From contig RQSC01000858.1 of assembly GCA_013416795.1 (NCBI GenBank), positions 1-64,000 on the forward strand: DNA of 64,000 nucleotides, read 5' to 3'. The translations under genes and the position numbers were made by a program. Within the stretch, counting starts at the first letter, position 1. Every line of letters begins with the position of its first letter. The notes under the pieces were generated by a model, which saw only the letters and a list, made by a program, of their open reading frames with translations, was not told where the DNA came from and ran no database searches. The stretch is from Prasinococcaceae sp. CCMP 1430. Its lineage: Eukaryota > Plantae > Prasinodermophyta. Below, piece by piece: positions 54,523 through 64,000 of the stretch.

Positions 54523-54579
54523 GGGGCGCACGGCTGCGAGGGCGCCAGAGCGCGCGCGCGCGGAGCTTCCTCCCGCTCC

Positions 54580-54629
<50 letters not shown>

Positions 54630-54707
54630 AGGCGCTTGCGGCAGCCCTACGCGCGCGGCGGGCGACGAGGGGGCTTCGGGTAGGGCGGCGCGGCCGCGAG
54701 GGCGCAG

Positions 54708-57700
54708 ATGGCGGAGCCCGTGGAGGTGGCGACGGTGGCCCCGAGCGAGGAGGTTGAGACCGATGCGTTCTTCTTTCGCCTGCGTGCCAAGCTGCGGCTG
54801 CCGGCCGGCTCGGGCGGCGCGGCGCGTAGCGCGCGGCTGCTCGCCGGAGCGCAGCGCGCGGGCGTCGCGGCGGCGGCGTGCGACAGCGGCGTGGCGCTCG
54901 TGAGGACTGACGCGCTGATCGCCGGTGGGCGGGATGGGTCCAACCTGAGAACGCTCCCTGGGGTCGCCTTCGTGGAAATGCGTGCCCTCCTGGCGGTGTC
55001 GCTCTCTGCCGATGGCTCGCTGCTCGCTTGTGCGACGCCGCGCTCGCTGTACATATACGGGAGCGCCGCTCTGCTCGCGGACGGCGCCGCGGCCACGGCC
55101 CCTCGTGAGATCTTCACGCTTGGGATGGATGAGGGTGAGATCGTGCAGGCAGAGTTCTCGACCCACGCGCCGCATCGACTGCTGCTGGTCACGTCGACAG
55201 GCATGGCATATGTGCTCCAGATCGATGCGAACGGTGCCTCCGGAGCAAAGCTCGCGCTCGAGGGTTCGGGCGATGCTGTCGCTGCAGCTTGGGCGCCTGC
55301 GGGCGACGTTGTGGCGATTGCCCGGAGCGATGACATCATATGCGTCGGCGCCGACGATGCCAAGGTCCGGTGGAGCGTGCGACTAGGAGAGGGGGCCATG
55401 GAGGAGAGCATGGCTGGATTGGAGGGGGCGCTCTTCGTTGAAGCTCTGCGGTGGCCAACGGACGCCACGCTGCTTTGCACGGTGGGCTCCGCGGACGAGG
55501 GCGATGAGACGTCGGCTCTGGTTGCACTCGATGTGCGCAGTGGAAGCGCCGAGGTGGCGGCGTGCGACGTTGAAATGGGACTGGGTATTTTTGAGGATGA
55601 CCTAACGAGCGGGTCGCGCCAAAGAGCGCTGACGCATTGCGCTGCCGTCGAGCAGTGGGGCGTGGCCGTCGTGGCGGACAGGCGTGCCTCCGATGATCAC
55701 CTCAACCTTGTGTCATGCGCATGGGATCGCAGCGCCGAGCAGCCCTCGCCGTGCTTGCTGCGGATCGCTGAGGACATCGCGCTCGCCCGCGTCGAAATGG
55801 TCGATGGCAACGACGACTTCGTCGTGGGCTTGTGCATGGACCTCACGCGTGCCTCGGACGCTGTCGACGATCCGCGTGATGACGAGGCGCCCGCCGTGCC
55901 CTGTGCGCCTCTTCTGCTGGCGCTCACATCAGCGGGTGTACTGTGGTGCTACGCTCTCGCCGCTGCGGACAGCGATGTGCCCGTGCCTGCTCGGGATGTC
56001 ATCTCCGCGCCCGCCGCGATTCCCGAATTGGAGGCTTCCCAAGCGGAGGCTGCAGCGCCTGAGCAGCCGCCTGCCGAGGGGGGCTCCTCGAATGACACGG
56101 CCGAGGCAGAAGGGGAGAGCAGTCAGGGACTGGGTGCACTTGGCGCTGCGCTCGGCGCTGCGCTGCCTGATAGCGACGACGACGAGGAAAGTGGTGCGAG
56201 TGCAGAGGAGAGTGTCGGCGAAGTAGGCGCGGGATCGGTCGCACCTGCTGCGGTGCAGTCAGCGCTACCGGATGGCGAAACTGAAGACTCTACGCAGGCG
56301 GGTGGAGGGCGGGCTGGTACGTCCGATGATGACACGGATGAGAGCGAGGTCGAGTCACCGTTCAGGCAAGAGGGGGCAACAGAGGAGGAGCCATTCTCGT
56401 TCCGCCCATCGACGGCAGCCCAGCCTGGGGCAACTTTTTCGTTCAGTCAGCCTGCAACGCCTGCTCCGGGGAGTGCGACAAAGCCCATGACAGTGAACCC
56501 GCTTTTCAGCGCTACCGCATCGGGCGCGGGGATCTTCGGTGCTCCAACCACGCCGCCTGAGTCTGCTACCGCCACCCCGCTTTTCGGCGCCACGAAGCCT
56601 CCGCTGTTCGGCACCCCATCCTCCGGAAAGCCTGCATTCGGTGCTCTACCCGGTGGGAAAGAAAGCGACTCGGAGCCTCCCAAAGAAGCAAAGCCTCCAG
56701 TGGCAGCCTTCCCGCCCGCTGCTGCGGCCATGCCCGCCTTCGGTGCGGCGGCCGAAACCAAGGAATCGAAGCCTGCGGCGGCCGGTGCGTTCCCGGCCGC
56801 AGCTGCCGCTGTGCCTGTCTTCGGCGCCTCGGCTGTGCCTGCGGCAGCGGGCGCTTTCCCTCCTGCGGCTGCAGCCGTTCCCGCATTTGGGGCTGCACCT
56901 GCCAAGGACACAAAGTCTTCGGCGGCCGCAGCTTTTCCGCCTGCGGCTGCAGCCGTTCCCGCATTTGGGGCTACACCTACGAAGGAAGACAAGAAGACGT
57001 CGGCGGCGGCCGCGTTCCCGCCTGCGTCTGTTCCCGTGCCCGCTTTCGGCGCGCCAGCCAAGAAAGAGGACAAGAAGGCTCCGGCGGCGGGTGCTTTCCC
57101 ACCCGCAACTGCTGCTGTCCCCGCCTTTGGGGCTGCGCCTACCAAGGACAAGAAGCCTGCGGCGGCCGCGGCATTTCCGCCTGCGGCTGCCGCCGTGCCC
57201 GCGTTTGGCGCCCCGGCCAAGAAGGAAGAGAAGAAGCCTGCGGCGGCCGCGGCATTCCCGCCTGCGGCTGCCGCCGTGCCCGCGTTTGGCGCTCCGGCCA
57301 AGAAGGAAGAGAAGAAGCCTGCGGCGGCCGCGGCATTCCCGCCTGCGGCTGCCGCCGTGCCCGCGTTTGGCGCTCCGGCCAAGAAGGAAGAGAAGAAGCC
57401 TGCGGCGGCCGCGGCATTCCCGCCTGCGGCTGCCGCCGTGCCCGCGTTTGGCGCTCCGGCCAAGAAGGAAGAGAAGAAGCCTGCGGCGGCCGCGGCATTC
57501 CCAGGCCGGTTCTTCCTTCTCTTCTTCGGACGCCGCCGGCGCCGTAAGGGCGGACGCCGACGTCGGCACGGGCGCAAACCGCGAGGCCGGTTCTTCCTTC
57601 TCTTCTTCGGACGCCGCCCCGCGGCATTCCCTCCCGCAACTGCTGCAGTACCCCCTTTTGGAACCCCGGCAAAATCTCCCACGGATTCTGAGGCTGCATC

Positions 57701-60700
57701 TGTCGAACCTTCTCCAGCAGCTGGCGACAAGAAGACGGCGACTCCTCCGCGGCCAGTCCCGACACCTTACACGCCACCAGCGCCGAAGTTTGGGCAAGTT
57801 GACAATGCGCAGTCGGTAGAGGCGGCATTCTCGACAGAAATTGATTCGGTGAAGTCTGCAGGCGAAGGTCTGGCTGAGGTTATCAAGGCGATTCAGATAG
57901 GTGCACCCACGGCACCCTTTCAGGGCGTGGTCGCATCGCACACACTCCCGGAGCGCACGGCTGCGCTGGCTGATCGCGTGGCGGCACTGCGCGAGCGGGC
58001 TGATGGCGTGCGTCCTCGCATGTGCGTGCTCAAGGACCGGCTCATCGACGTGAAGGTCGGCATTGCTGAAGCAGAAGCTTCGTCGGCAGTCACGCTTGCC
58101 AGCGACGGTGTTGTTGCTGAGCTCGCCGACGAGCGCCCCCTCCCGCCCCCCGCGGCGGCGAGGCGCGATCAGTTACGCCGGCATTATGAGATCATCGTGG
58201 GCAGACTTGCTGAGGTGATGGATGACTTGGAGGCGCGTGAGCGCGCTGTTGAAAGTGCCGCGGCGGCTGGCGCTCCCAGAAAGTCGCCGGCGGCGTCGCG
58301 TGAGCCGCCGCCCAGCCAGCTCTACGGCACGATTGAAACGCAGCGTGCTATCTCGCGGGCCCATGCGCGACGTTTCGATGCCATCGAAAAGCGCATGGTC
58401 GTGCTCGGCATGCTGAGCAGCAGCCACGCAGCAGCCAACGGGACATCGCCGGTGCGAGGCTCACCCATGCCGTTGATATCTGCTTCGCCCAGTGTTCTGC
58501 GTTCGGTAGGCAACCTATCGAGCGCCGGCGGAGGTGCCAGCTCGATCAGGCAGCGCCTGGCTGGCCGCCTCGCACAGGATCGCTCACCACGAGTGACCTC
58601 TGCGAAGAAGTCCACGCCGGACAGCCAGTTGAGGGCGAAGGGCAGCGTGCCGCTTGCTCTTGCGTTCGACGCCACTGATGCTAGCACAGCGTCGCCTGCG
58701 GCGTCCTCGATGAGCATCTCACAAGCTGTGCGGGAGGAATCATCGGCGTCGATGAGCGTGTCGTCAGCACCATCGCAAAAGACCGTTATGGGCACGTCGT
58801 CGGTCTCGGGCCTCGGCGCCTTCGGGAAGAAGCCCGCTGCAAGTAAACGCTCAGCACAGCCTGCTGATAGTGCTGCTTCGAGCGCCAAGTCTGTTAGCGG
58901 CAAGCCCAATGGAAAGACTTCGTCTGAAAAGCCTGCGTCAACATCTACAATCCCACCGGCGACAGCTGCCGTTCCCGCCTTCGGCGTCCCGGCCAAGAAG
59001 GACGGCAAGTCTGCGGCGGCCGCCGCGTTCCCGCCCGCTGCTGCTGCCGTGCCCGCTTTTGGGGCTGCACCAGCCAAGGAAACGAAGCCCGCGGCGTCGG
59101 CCACATACCCTCCCTCAACAGCCTCCGTTCCAGCATTTGGGGCGGCCCCTAAGAAGGCTGACAAGAGACCTGCTGCGGCGGCCGCGGCATTCCCGCCTGC
59201 GGCTGCCGCCGTGCCCGCGTTTGGCGCCCCGGCCAAGAAGGAAGAGAAGAAGCCTGCGGCGGCCGCGGCATTCCCGCCTGCGGCTGCCGCCGTGCCCGCG
59301 TTTGGCGCCCCGGCCAAGAAGGAAGAGAAGAAGCCTGCGGCGGCCGCGGCATTCCCGCCTGCGGCTGCCGCCGTGCCCGCGTTTGGCGCCCCGGCCAAGA
59401 AGGAAGAGAAGAAGCCTGCGGCGGCCGCGGCATTCCCGCCTGCGGCTGCCGCCGTGCCCGCGTTTGGCGCTCCGGCCAAGAAGGAAGAGAAGAAGCCTGC
59501 GGCGGCCGCGGCATTCCCGCCTGCGGCTGCAGCCGTGCCCGCGTTTGGCGCCCCGGCCAAGAAGGAAGAGAAGAAGCCTGCGGCATTCCCGCCTGCGGCT
59601 GCCGCCGTGCCCGCCTTCGGCGCCCCTGCGAAGGAGAAGTCAACGCCGGCGGGTGCGTTTCCGCCTACGACTGGTGCTGTGCCGGTCTTTGGCTCGTCGG
59701 CCAAGGAGGACAAGCCAGCAGCAGTGAGCGCGCTCCCGCCCACAACTGCTGCTGTACCTGCCTTCAGTGCCCCGGCTGCGAAGGAGGACAAGAGCCAAGC
59801 GGCGGTGGGTGCTTTCTCGCCCGCGGCTGCTGCTGCGCCTGCGTTTGGATCTGTGGCAAAATCTGCCGAGGCACCGCTGGCTGGGTTTGGCTCCACGGTA
59901 GCGCTTGGATCAGGGTCCACTGCTGCGCCAGCGCTTGCATTCGGCTCGTCGGGCGCAAAACCCGCGTCCGATGCGCCGACGACTCCGCCTGCTTTCGGGA
60001 CCTCGACACCTGCGCCTGCGTTTGGAAAGCCTCCTTCGACGCCAGCGCCCAGCACTGCAGGGGCATCAGGCCCTGTTTTTGGGGGGGCAGCGTCCACTCC
60101 TGCCAGCGCAGCGGCATCGACGCCTGCGTTCGGTGCAGCAAGCTCAACCACGCCTGCCTTCAATCTCAGCCTTGGAAGCGGTTCCGCAACAACGCCCGCA
60201 GGAGCTACGCCTTCGCCGCAAAACGTGTTTGGGAAGGGAATGACAACCTCCCTGGGTGCCGCATCTCCGTCGGCAGGCGGATTTGGCCAGGCGCCGAGCT
60301 TTGGCAGTTCAATGGGTGGGCCGGTGCAGTCCACCCCGTCGCCCTTTGGCGCCGCGGCTGCGGCAAAAACCAGCCAGCCATCATTTGGAACACCTTCGAC
60401 GATGGGTGGAGCAGCAGGCAGCACCGGTGCCGCGGCCTTCGGTGCGCCTGCCGCTATGGGCTCATCAGCGGCAGCGACCGGAGCAGCGACCATGACGGGG
60501 GTCCCCGCATTCGGTCAAAGCAGTGCATTTGGCGGCGGCGCTGCATCTCCCAGCCCTAGCGCTGCTGGTAGCTTCGGAACCTTCGGCAAGCCCGCTGGTG
60601 GTGGCTTCGCTGCATCCGCAGTTCAGTCACCTGCGGCTGGCTTCGGCACCCCGAGCGGGTTCGGCCAACCCACCAGTGGCGCATCGCCGGGCGCTGCTAG

Positions 60701-61019
60701 CCCGGGTTTTGGCGCGGCGGCGGGAAGCGGCAACGCCTTCGCCTCGGCTAAAGCGGGGGGCAACATCTTTGGCGGAGGAGCCAGCCCCGCCGGCAACGCG
60801 TTCGGCGCGGCGGCCGCAAGCAGCGGAACACCCTTCGGCGCAGCGGCCGCAGGCGGCGGCAATCCCTTTGGCGCAGCGGCAACGGGAGGCGGCAACGCCT
60901 TTGGCACAGCGACTGCTGGAGGTGGCGGCGTTTTCGGCGCACAACCTGGCGGCGCCTTCGGCGCGGGAGCCTCGCCCGGAGGCCCACCTGGCGGCGCCTT
61001 TTCGCAAATGCGAAAATAG
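54708..61019 (+). CDS. NUP214: FG-nucleoporin NUP214/Nup159-like (beta-propeller, repeat arrays, coiled coil, C-terminal FG repeats)
   Basis: 2103-aa ORF with a propeller-like N-terminal ~450 aa, a central coiled-coil segment, many xAFG/SFG/PFG repeats and a C-terminal AFSQMRK resembling the FTQMRK end of plant NUP214. Confidence 0.8.
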   Translation: MAEPVEVATVAPSEEVETDAFFFRLRAKLRLPAGSGGAARSARLLAGAQRAGVAAAACDSGVALVRTDALIAGGRDGSNLRTLPGVAFVEMRALLAVSLSADGSLLACATPRSLYIYGSAALLADGAAATAPREIFTLGMDEGEIVQAEFSTHAPHRLLLVTSTGMAYVLQIDANGASGAKLALEGSGDAVAAAWAPAGDVVAIARSDDIICVGADDAKVRWSVRLGEGAMEESMAGLEGALFVEALRWPTDATLLCTVGSADEGDETSALVALDVRSGSAEVAACDVEMGLGIFEDDLTSGSRQRALTHCAAVEQWGVAVVADRRASDDHLNLVSCAWDRSAEQPSPCLLRIAEDIALARVEMVDGNDDFVVGLCMDLTRASDAVDDPRDDEAPAVPCAPLLLALTSAGVLWCYALAAADSDVPVPARDVISAPAAIPELEASQAEAAAPEQPPAEGGSSNDTAEAEGESSQGLGALGAALGAALPDSDDDEESGASAEESVGEVGAGSVAPAAVQSALPDGETEDSTQAGGGRAGTSDDDTDESEVESPFRQEGATEEEPFSFRPSTAAQPGATFSFSQPATPAPGSATKPMTVNPLFSATASGAGIFGAPTTPPESATATPLFGATKPPLFGTPSSGKPAFGALPGGKESDSEPPKEAKPPVAAFPPAAAAMPAFGAAAETKESKPAAAGAFPAAAAAVPVFGASAVPAAAGAFPPAAAAVPAFGAAPAKDTKSSAAAAFPPAAAAVPAFGATPTKEDKKTSAAAAFPPASVPVPAFGAPAKKEDKKAPAAGAFPPATAAVPAFGAAPTKDKKPAAAAAFPPAAAAVPAFGAPAKKEEKKPAAAAAFPPAAAAVPAFGAPAKKEEKKPAAAAAFPPAAAAVPAFGAPAKKEEKKPAAAAAFPPAAAAVPAFGAPAKKEEKKPAAAAAFPGRFFLLFFGRRRRRKGGRRRRHGRKPRGRFFLLFFGRRPAAFPPATAAVPPFGTPAKSPTDSEAASVEPSPAAGDKKTATPPRPVPTPYTPPAPKFGQVDNAQSVEAAFSTEIDSVKSAGEGLAEVIKAIQIGAPTAPFQGVVASHTLPERTAALADRVAALRERADGVRPRMCVLKDRLIDVKVGIAEAEASSAVTLASDGVVAELADERPLPPPAAARRDQLRRHYEIIVGRLAEVMDDLEARERAVESAAAAGAPRKSPAASREPPPSQLYGTIETQRAISRAHARRFDAIEKRMVVLGMLSSSHAAANGTSPVRGSPMPLISASPSVLRSVGNLSSAGGGASSIRQRLAGRLAQDRSPRVTSAKKSTPDSQLRAKGSVPLALAFDATDASTASPAASSMSISQAVREESSASMSVSSAPSQKTVMGTSSVSGLGAFGKKPAASKRSAQPADSAASSAKSVSGKPNGKTSSEKPASTSTIPPATAAVPAFGVPAKKDGKSAAAAAFPPAAAAVPAFGAAPAKETKPAASATYPPSTASVPAFGAAPKKADKRPAAAAAAFPPAAAAVPAFGAPAKKEEKKPAAAAAFPPAAAAVPAFGAPAKKEEKKPAAAAAFPPAAAAVPAFGAPAKKEEKKPAAAAAFPPAAAAVPAFGAPAKKEEKKPAAAAAFPPAAAAVPAFGAPAKKEEKKPAAFPPAAAAVPAFGAPAKEKSTPAGAFPPTTGAVPVFGSSAKEDKPAAVSALPPTTAAVPAFSAPAAKEDKSQAAVGAFSPAAAAAPAFGSVAKSAEAPLAGFGSTVALGSGSTAAPALAFGSSGAKPASDAPTTPPAFGTSTPAPAFGKPPSTPAPSTAGASGPVFGGAASTPASAAASTPAFGAASSTTPAFNLSLGSGSATTPAGATPSPQNVFGKGMTTSLGAASPSAGGFGQAPSFGSSMGGPVQSTPSPFGAAAAAKTSQPSFGTPSTMGGAAGSTGAAAFGAPAAMGSSAAATGAATMTGVPAFGQSSAFGGGAASPSPSAAGSFGTFGKPAGGGFAASAVQSPAAGFGTPSGFGQPTSGASPGAASPGFGAAAGSGNAFASAKAGGNIFGGGASPAGNAFGAAAASSGTPFGAAAAGGGNPFGAAATGGGNAFGTATAGGGGVFGAQPGGAFGAGASPGGPPGGAFSQMRK
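56690..57660 (+). repeat. 81-bp (27-aa) coding repeat array 1: AAAAAFPPAAAAVPAFGAPAKKEEKKP; boundaries approximate
   Basis: Four near-identical units plus degenerate flanking units. Contains the complemented block at 57503-57618. Confidence 0.9.
58950..59830 (+). repeat. 81-bp (27-aa) coding repeat array 2, same unit; boundaries approximate
   Basis: Five near-identical KKEEKK-containing units plus degenerate flanks. Confidence 0.9.
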
Positions 61020-61163
61020 CCGCTGGTGGGTTTCGTTGGCCTAGTCTAATACAGCAGCACCCCCAGCGTGTGCAGGAGGGGCGCGCTCCTCGAGGAGTTC
61101 GTGCGGCGTGCTGCGCATGTAAGATACATCACTCTATAATTATCGACGTTGACTCGCCAGGGA

Positions 61164-62480
61164 CTACTCGGTTGCGGCGTATTCCACGTCCTCCTTGAGG
61201 CGCTGCCCCCCCGCGAGCGTCGCGAAAGCCGCAAGACCGATGACGTAATGCGCGGCGCACAGCGTGAAGGCCGTGGTCCAGCCCTCAGAGGTGCCATCTG
61301 CGGCGCCTAGCACTGCGCCAGTCAACGGTACTGCGACTAAACCAGCCATTGTCGCGGCAGTGTTTCCTGCAGCAAAGAGCTGCCCCGCGCCCGCCGGCGC
61401 AACATCGAGGGCATTCGCGCTCACACCTGCCAACGTGAGCGCGTTTGCGGCGGAGCCTGCAATGACGAGCGCAACAGCAGTGTCGGGCTCCGTCCCAGGG
61501 CGCACAGCCAGCATCAGACACAGTGCGGGCGCGAGCATGCCGACAGATTGGGCAGCTACGCGAACTGCTCGTCGCTCGGAGCCCCGTCCGATCGCCGCGT
61601 CCGCTGCCAAGCCTGCAAACACGCCAACGGCGGCCTGCAGAAGGTAGGGCGCCGCCGCAGCGGTGCCTAACGCCTCGGCGGACTGCCGCCCTCCCTGCTC
61701 CTCCAGCCAAGTAGGCAGCCAACTCACGAGTCCGTACATGCCATACGAGTTGAAGTACTGGGCAGCCATGATCGCCACCGCCTGCGGAGTCCTCAGCAGA
61801 GGCCAATTCACGCTACCGAGCATCGAGTCAAGCTTCGTAGCGAGGCTGTCACGTTTTCGACCCGTCACCGACGCCTGCGCGGTCGAAGGTGTGGCCATCG
61901 ACGAGTATTCGTCGGTGCGCCCGGCCGCACGGGCGCCGCGGGCGGGCAGTAACGTCGCGAGTGGCAACCACAGCAGGGCCAGCGCTCCAAAGAGGTAAAA
62001 TGCGTACGGCCAGCCGAGCTCCTCGCTGTCAACAAGGAAGGGCACAACCTTGAAAGCAGCTGCCACCCCCAGGTAGCTCGCGGCGGTGGCGACGCCTACC
62101 GCAGCCGACTGCTGCCGCGGAGGCACGCTCGCGGAGATGAGGCTGTGGCAAGCTGGGAAGCACAGTCCCTCTGCTGCACCCAGCGCCGCGCGCACCAGCA
62201 GCAGCGGCGCGGCGCCCAGGCGCGCCGCCGAGGGCGTTGCCAGCGTCGCCAGCCCCCACGCGAGCACGCCGACGGCGAGCACTTCGCGCCCGCCATTCCG
62301 GTCAGCCACCGACCCGGCCGCAATTTGTGTGGCGCCGTAGCCCAGAAAGAATGCGCCGAGCACCTCGCCCGTCTCGGCATAGCCCAACCCTAGCTCCTTC
62401 GCGAGCGCGGGCGCGGCGACAGCGGCGACAGAGCGGTCGGCGTACGATACGGCCACGGCAGCGGCGCAGATGAGCGTCAC
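61164..62480 (-). CDS. PHT4: MFS anion:cation symporter (SLC17/PHT4-like); likely additional 5' exons up to ~63109
   Basis: VSYADRS, GAFFLGYGATQI, VRAALGAAEG, SYGMYGLVSWLPT, AGQLFAAGNT. A phase-1 GTCAG donor near 62602 could join an upstream transit-peptide-like region. Confidence 0.8.
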   Translation of the reverse strand: MTLICAAAVAVSYADRSVAAVAAPALAKELGLGYAETGEVLGAFFLGYGATQIAAGSVADRNGGREVLAVGVLAWGLATLATPSAARLGAAPLLLVRAALGAAEGLCFPACHSLISASVPPRQQSAAVGVATAASYLGVAAAFKVVPFLVDSEELGWPYAFYLFGALALLWLPLATLLPARGARAAGRTDEYSSMATPSTAQASVTGRKRDSLATKLDSMLGSVNWPLLRTPQAVAIMAAQYFNSYGMYGLVSWLPTWLEEQGGRQSAEALGTAAAAPYLLQAAVGVFAGLAADAAIGRGSERRAVRVAAQSVGMLAPALCLMLAVRPGTEPDTAVALVIAGSAANALTLAGVSANALDVAPAGAGQLFAAGNTAATMAGLVAVPLTGAVLGAADGTSEGWTTAFTLCAAHYVIGLAAFATLAGGQRLKEDVEYAATE

Positions 62481-63154
62481 TGCGCCGCGCCACGGCGTGG
62501 CAGGACCGCACGCTCATGTCAGAGCTTCGCCAAGCGGATGTCTCGCCTTTGCGGGTGGGCGCAAGCGCACGCACACACTCTTGCGCAGCTAGCGCAGCAG
62601 CGACCCGCGGCACTGACCTCCGAGGCCGTCCATGACGCCACTGGGCGGCATTTCGGCCGCTCGTTGCTCGGCCCTGCTCCTGCTGTCGTTGCCCTGCGAG
62701 CGTTGCGCACTGCCCGATCGCGGGCGCTGCCTGCGCACCCGCGGCGAGTCCCTCGAGCTACCGCTCGCGCGCCGGGGGTGGCACTGCGGGGCGCGGGCGC
62801 AGGGGAGGACACACATACAGCGCGCGGGCGTACGGCACCAGAGGGGGAGGGGAGGAGGGGTCGCGCCTGACGACACGCAGGGAGGCCGCCCGCGCGATCG
62901 CGCCCGCGCTTGCGCGCGGTTGCGCGCGCCCGCGGGCCTCCGCCGTGACAGGCTGCAGGGACCAACACGGCGCTCGATGGCCTCGGAGCTTGCGCGCGCG
63001 GCCCACGCGATGGAGCCCGCGTGCGCCGTGTCCGTGCAGCGCAGACGCCTTCCGCGGCGACGCGACTCGGCGGTCTGCCGAGCGTGCGCTGAGTGGCACC
63101 GCTTGACATGCGCACATGTACCAAAGGATTATACACAAGGCACACGCGGGCGCG

Positions 63155-64000
63155 TCAGAAGCCCCAGTCGCGTCCGGCGCTGCCGACGCCCTCGTCCCCA
63201 GCTTGGCCCGCGCGCGCGTCCGCGCTCGCGCGCGCCTCCGAGCGCCGCAACTCCTCGAGCCGCTCCTCCTCCGCCGCCGCCTCCGCCTTCTCCCGCTCCT
63301 CTAGCTCGAGCTGCTGCTGCTGCTGCCGCGCGCGCTTGGCGCGCTTTGCTGCGTTGGGCTGGCTCTTCTGGCCCGCGAGGTACACCTCGTTCTTGAGCGC
63401 GTGCCGCAGGTAGGCCGCCTGCGCGGGCGGCGGGAGGCGCACGCCGCGCGCGTCGGTGGTCAGCGCCGCGCAACCGCGGTCTCGCACGCGTGGCCCGTAG
63501 TCCGCTTGCGCGCGCGCGCACGCACCTTTTCGGCCTCGCCGCCGCAGGCCTCCCACTCCTTGTATCCCAGGCTCAGCGTGTGCCATCCGTCGCGGCGCAG
63601 CGCGTGGAGCTTCTTGCGGGTCATGCCGTTGAGCCTGCCGCCCGCGTCGAAGTGCGTGGGGCCCTGCACCTCGATGGCGAGCATGTGGTTGGCGGTGACC
63701 ACGCCGATGTCAGCGACGAGCCCGCTCTCGGTGACCACCTCGTTCTCGTGCTCGATGCCCATCGCAGCGAGCGCCGCGCTCACGTCGCGGTGCAGCGCTG
63801 AGCTCGCGCCGAGCTCGGCCGCGCGGCGTGGGCGCTCGCGCTCGCGCCAGTCGGCGGCCACGCCGGCAAGCTCGGGCGGTAGCACGTCGGGCTCCGCGCG
63901 CAGCTGCAGCAGCGCGCGCGCTCGCAGCGCCGCCCGCCGCTGGGCGACGTCCGCGACGGCCTGCTGCGTGCGTCGCGGGAAGCCGCGAATCTCGCCGCGG
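63155..64000 (-). CDS. RAP-domain (FASTK/OPR-RAP-like) RNA-binding protein, 5' truncated by the window edge; intron 63525-63419
   Basis: LHRDVSAAL..ADIGV..LAIEVQGPTHF..TRKKLHAL..GWHTLSLGYKEW is a RAP domain, followed by a spliced coiled-coil tail. Confidence 0.8.

Noticed and set aside
54581-54629. 49-nt poly-C tract (also a C-run at ~42209-42243) as a G-quadruplex regulatory element
   Set aside because: Long G/C homopolymers are unreliable in short-read assemblies, so length and function cannot be supported.
1-64000. Introner-like repeated introns or transposase genes
   Set aside because: The roughly 25 introns reconstructed share only splice signals and (CG)n or (CA)n tracts, not extended similarity. 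No transposase, reverse transcriptase or integrase motifs were seen.

Overview
This is a eukaryotic, very GC-rich, gene-dense nuclear window, most consistent with a unicellular prasinophyte-grade green alga. That assignment is inference from the type III glutamine synthetase, the plant-type IPUT1, DEG15, CDKG, PHT4 and NDUFB8 genes, and short introns with GTGCGY donors and CTGAC branch points. About 29 protein-coding genes were reconstructed by hand, many by splicing ORF fragments. There are two N gaps (6269-6628, 13081-13125) and two single-N joins (27102, 49232). No rRNA, tRNA, transposase or CRISPR-Cas was recognised. Most notable: (1) a 116-bp block inside the NUP214-like repeat array is the exact base-by-base complement, not the reverse complement, of the surrounding 81-bp repeat; (2) a spliced gene absent from the ORF track ends in an ALYREF-like UAP56-binding motif and overlaps the DEG15 ORF antisense; (3) NDUFB8 and a type II NADH dehydrogenase abut or overlap head-to-head; (4) a three-copy intergenic element has conserved blocks, variable spacers and T-tracts; (5) there is a perfect E2F palindrome upstream of MCM6 and an MSA-like cluster upstream of TBC1D31. 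All family calls are from motif recognition, with no database searches run.
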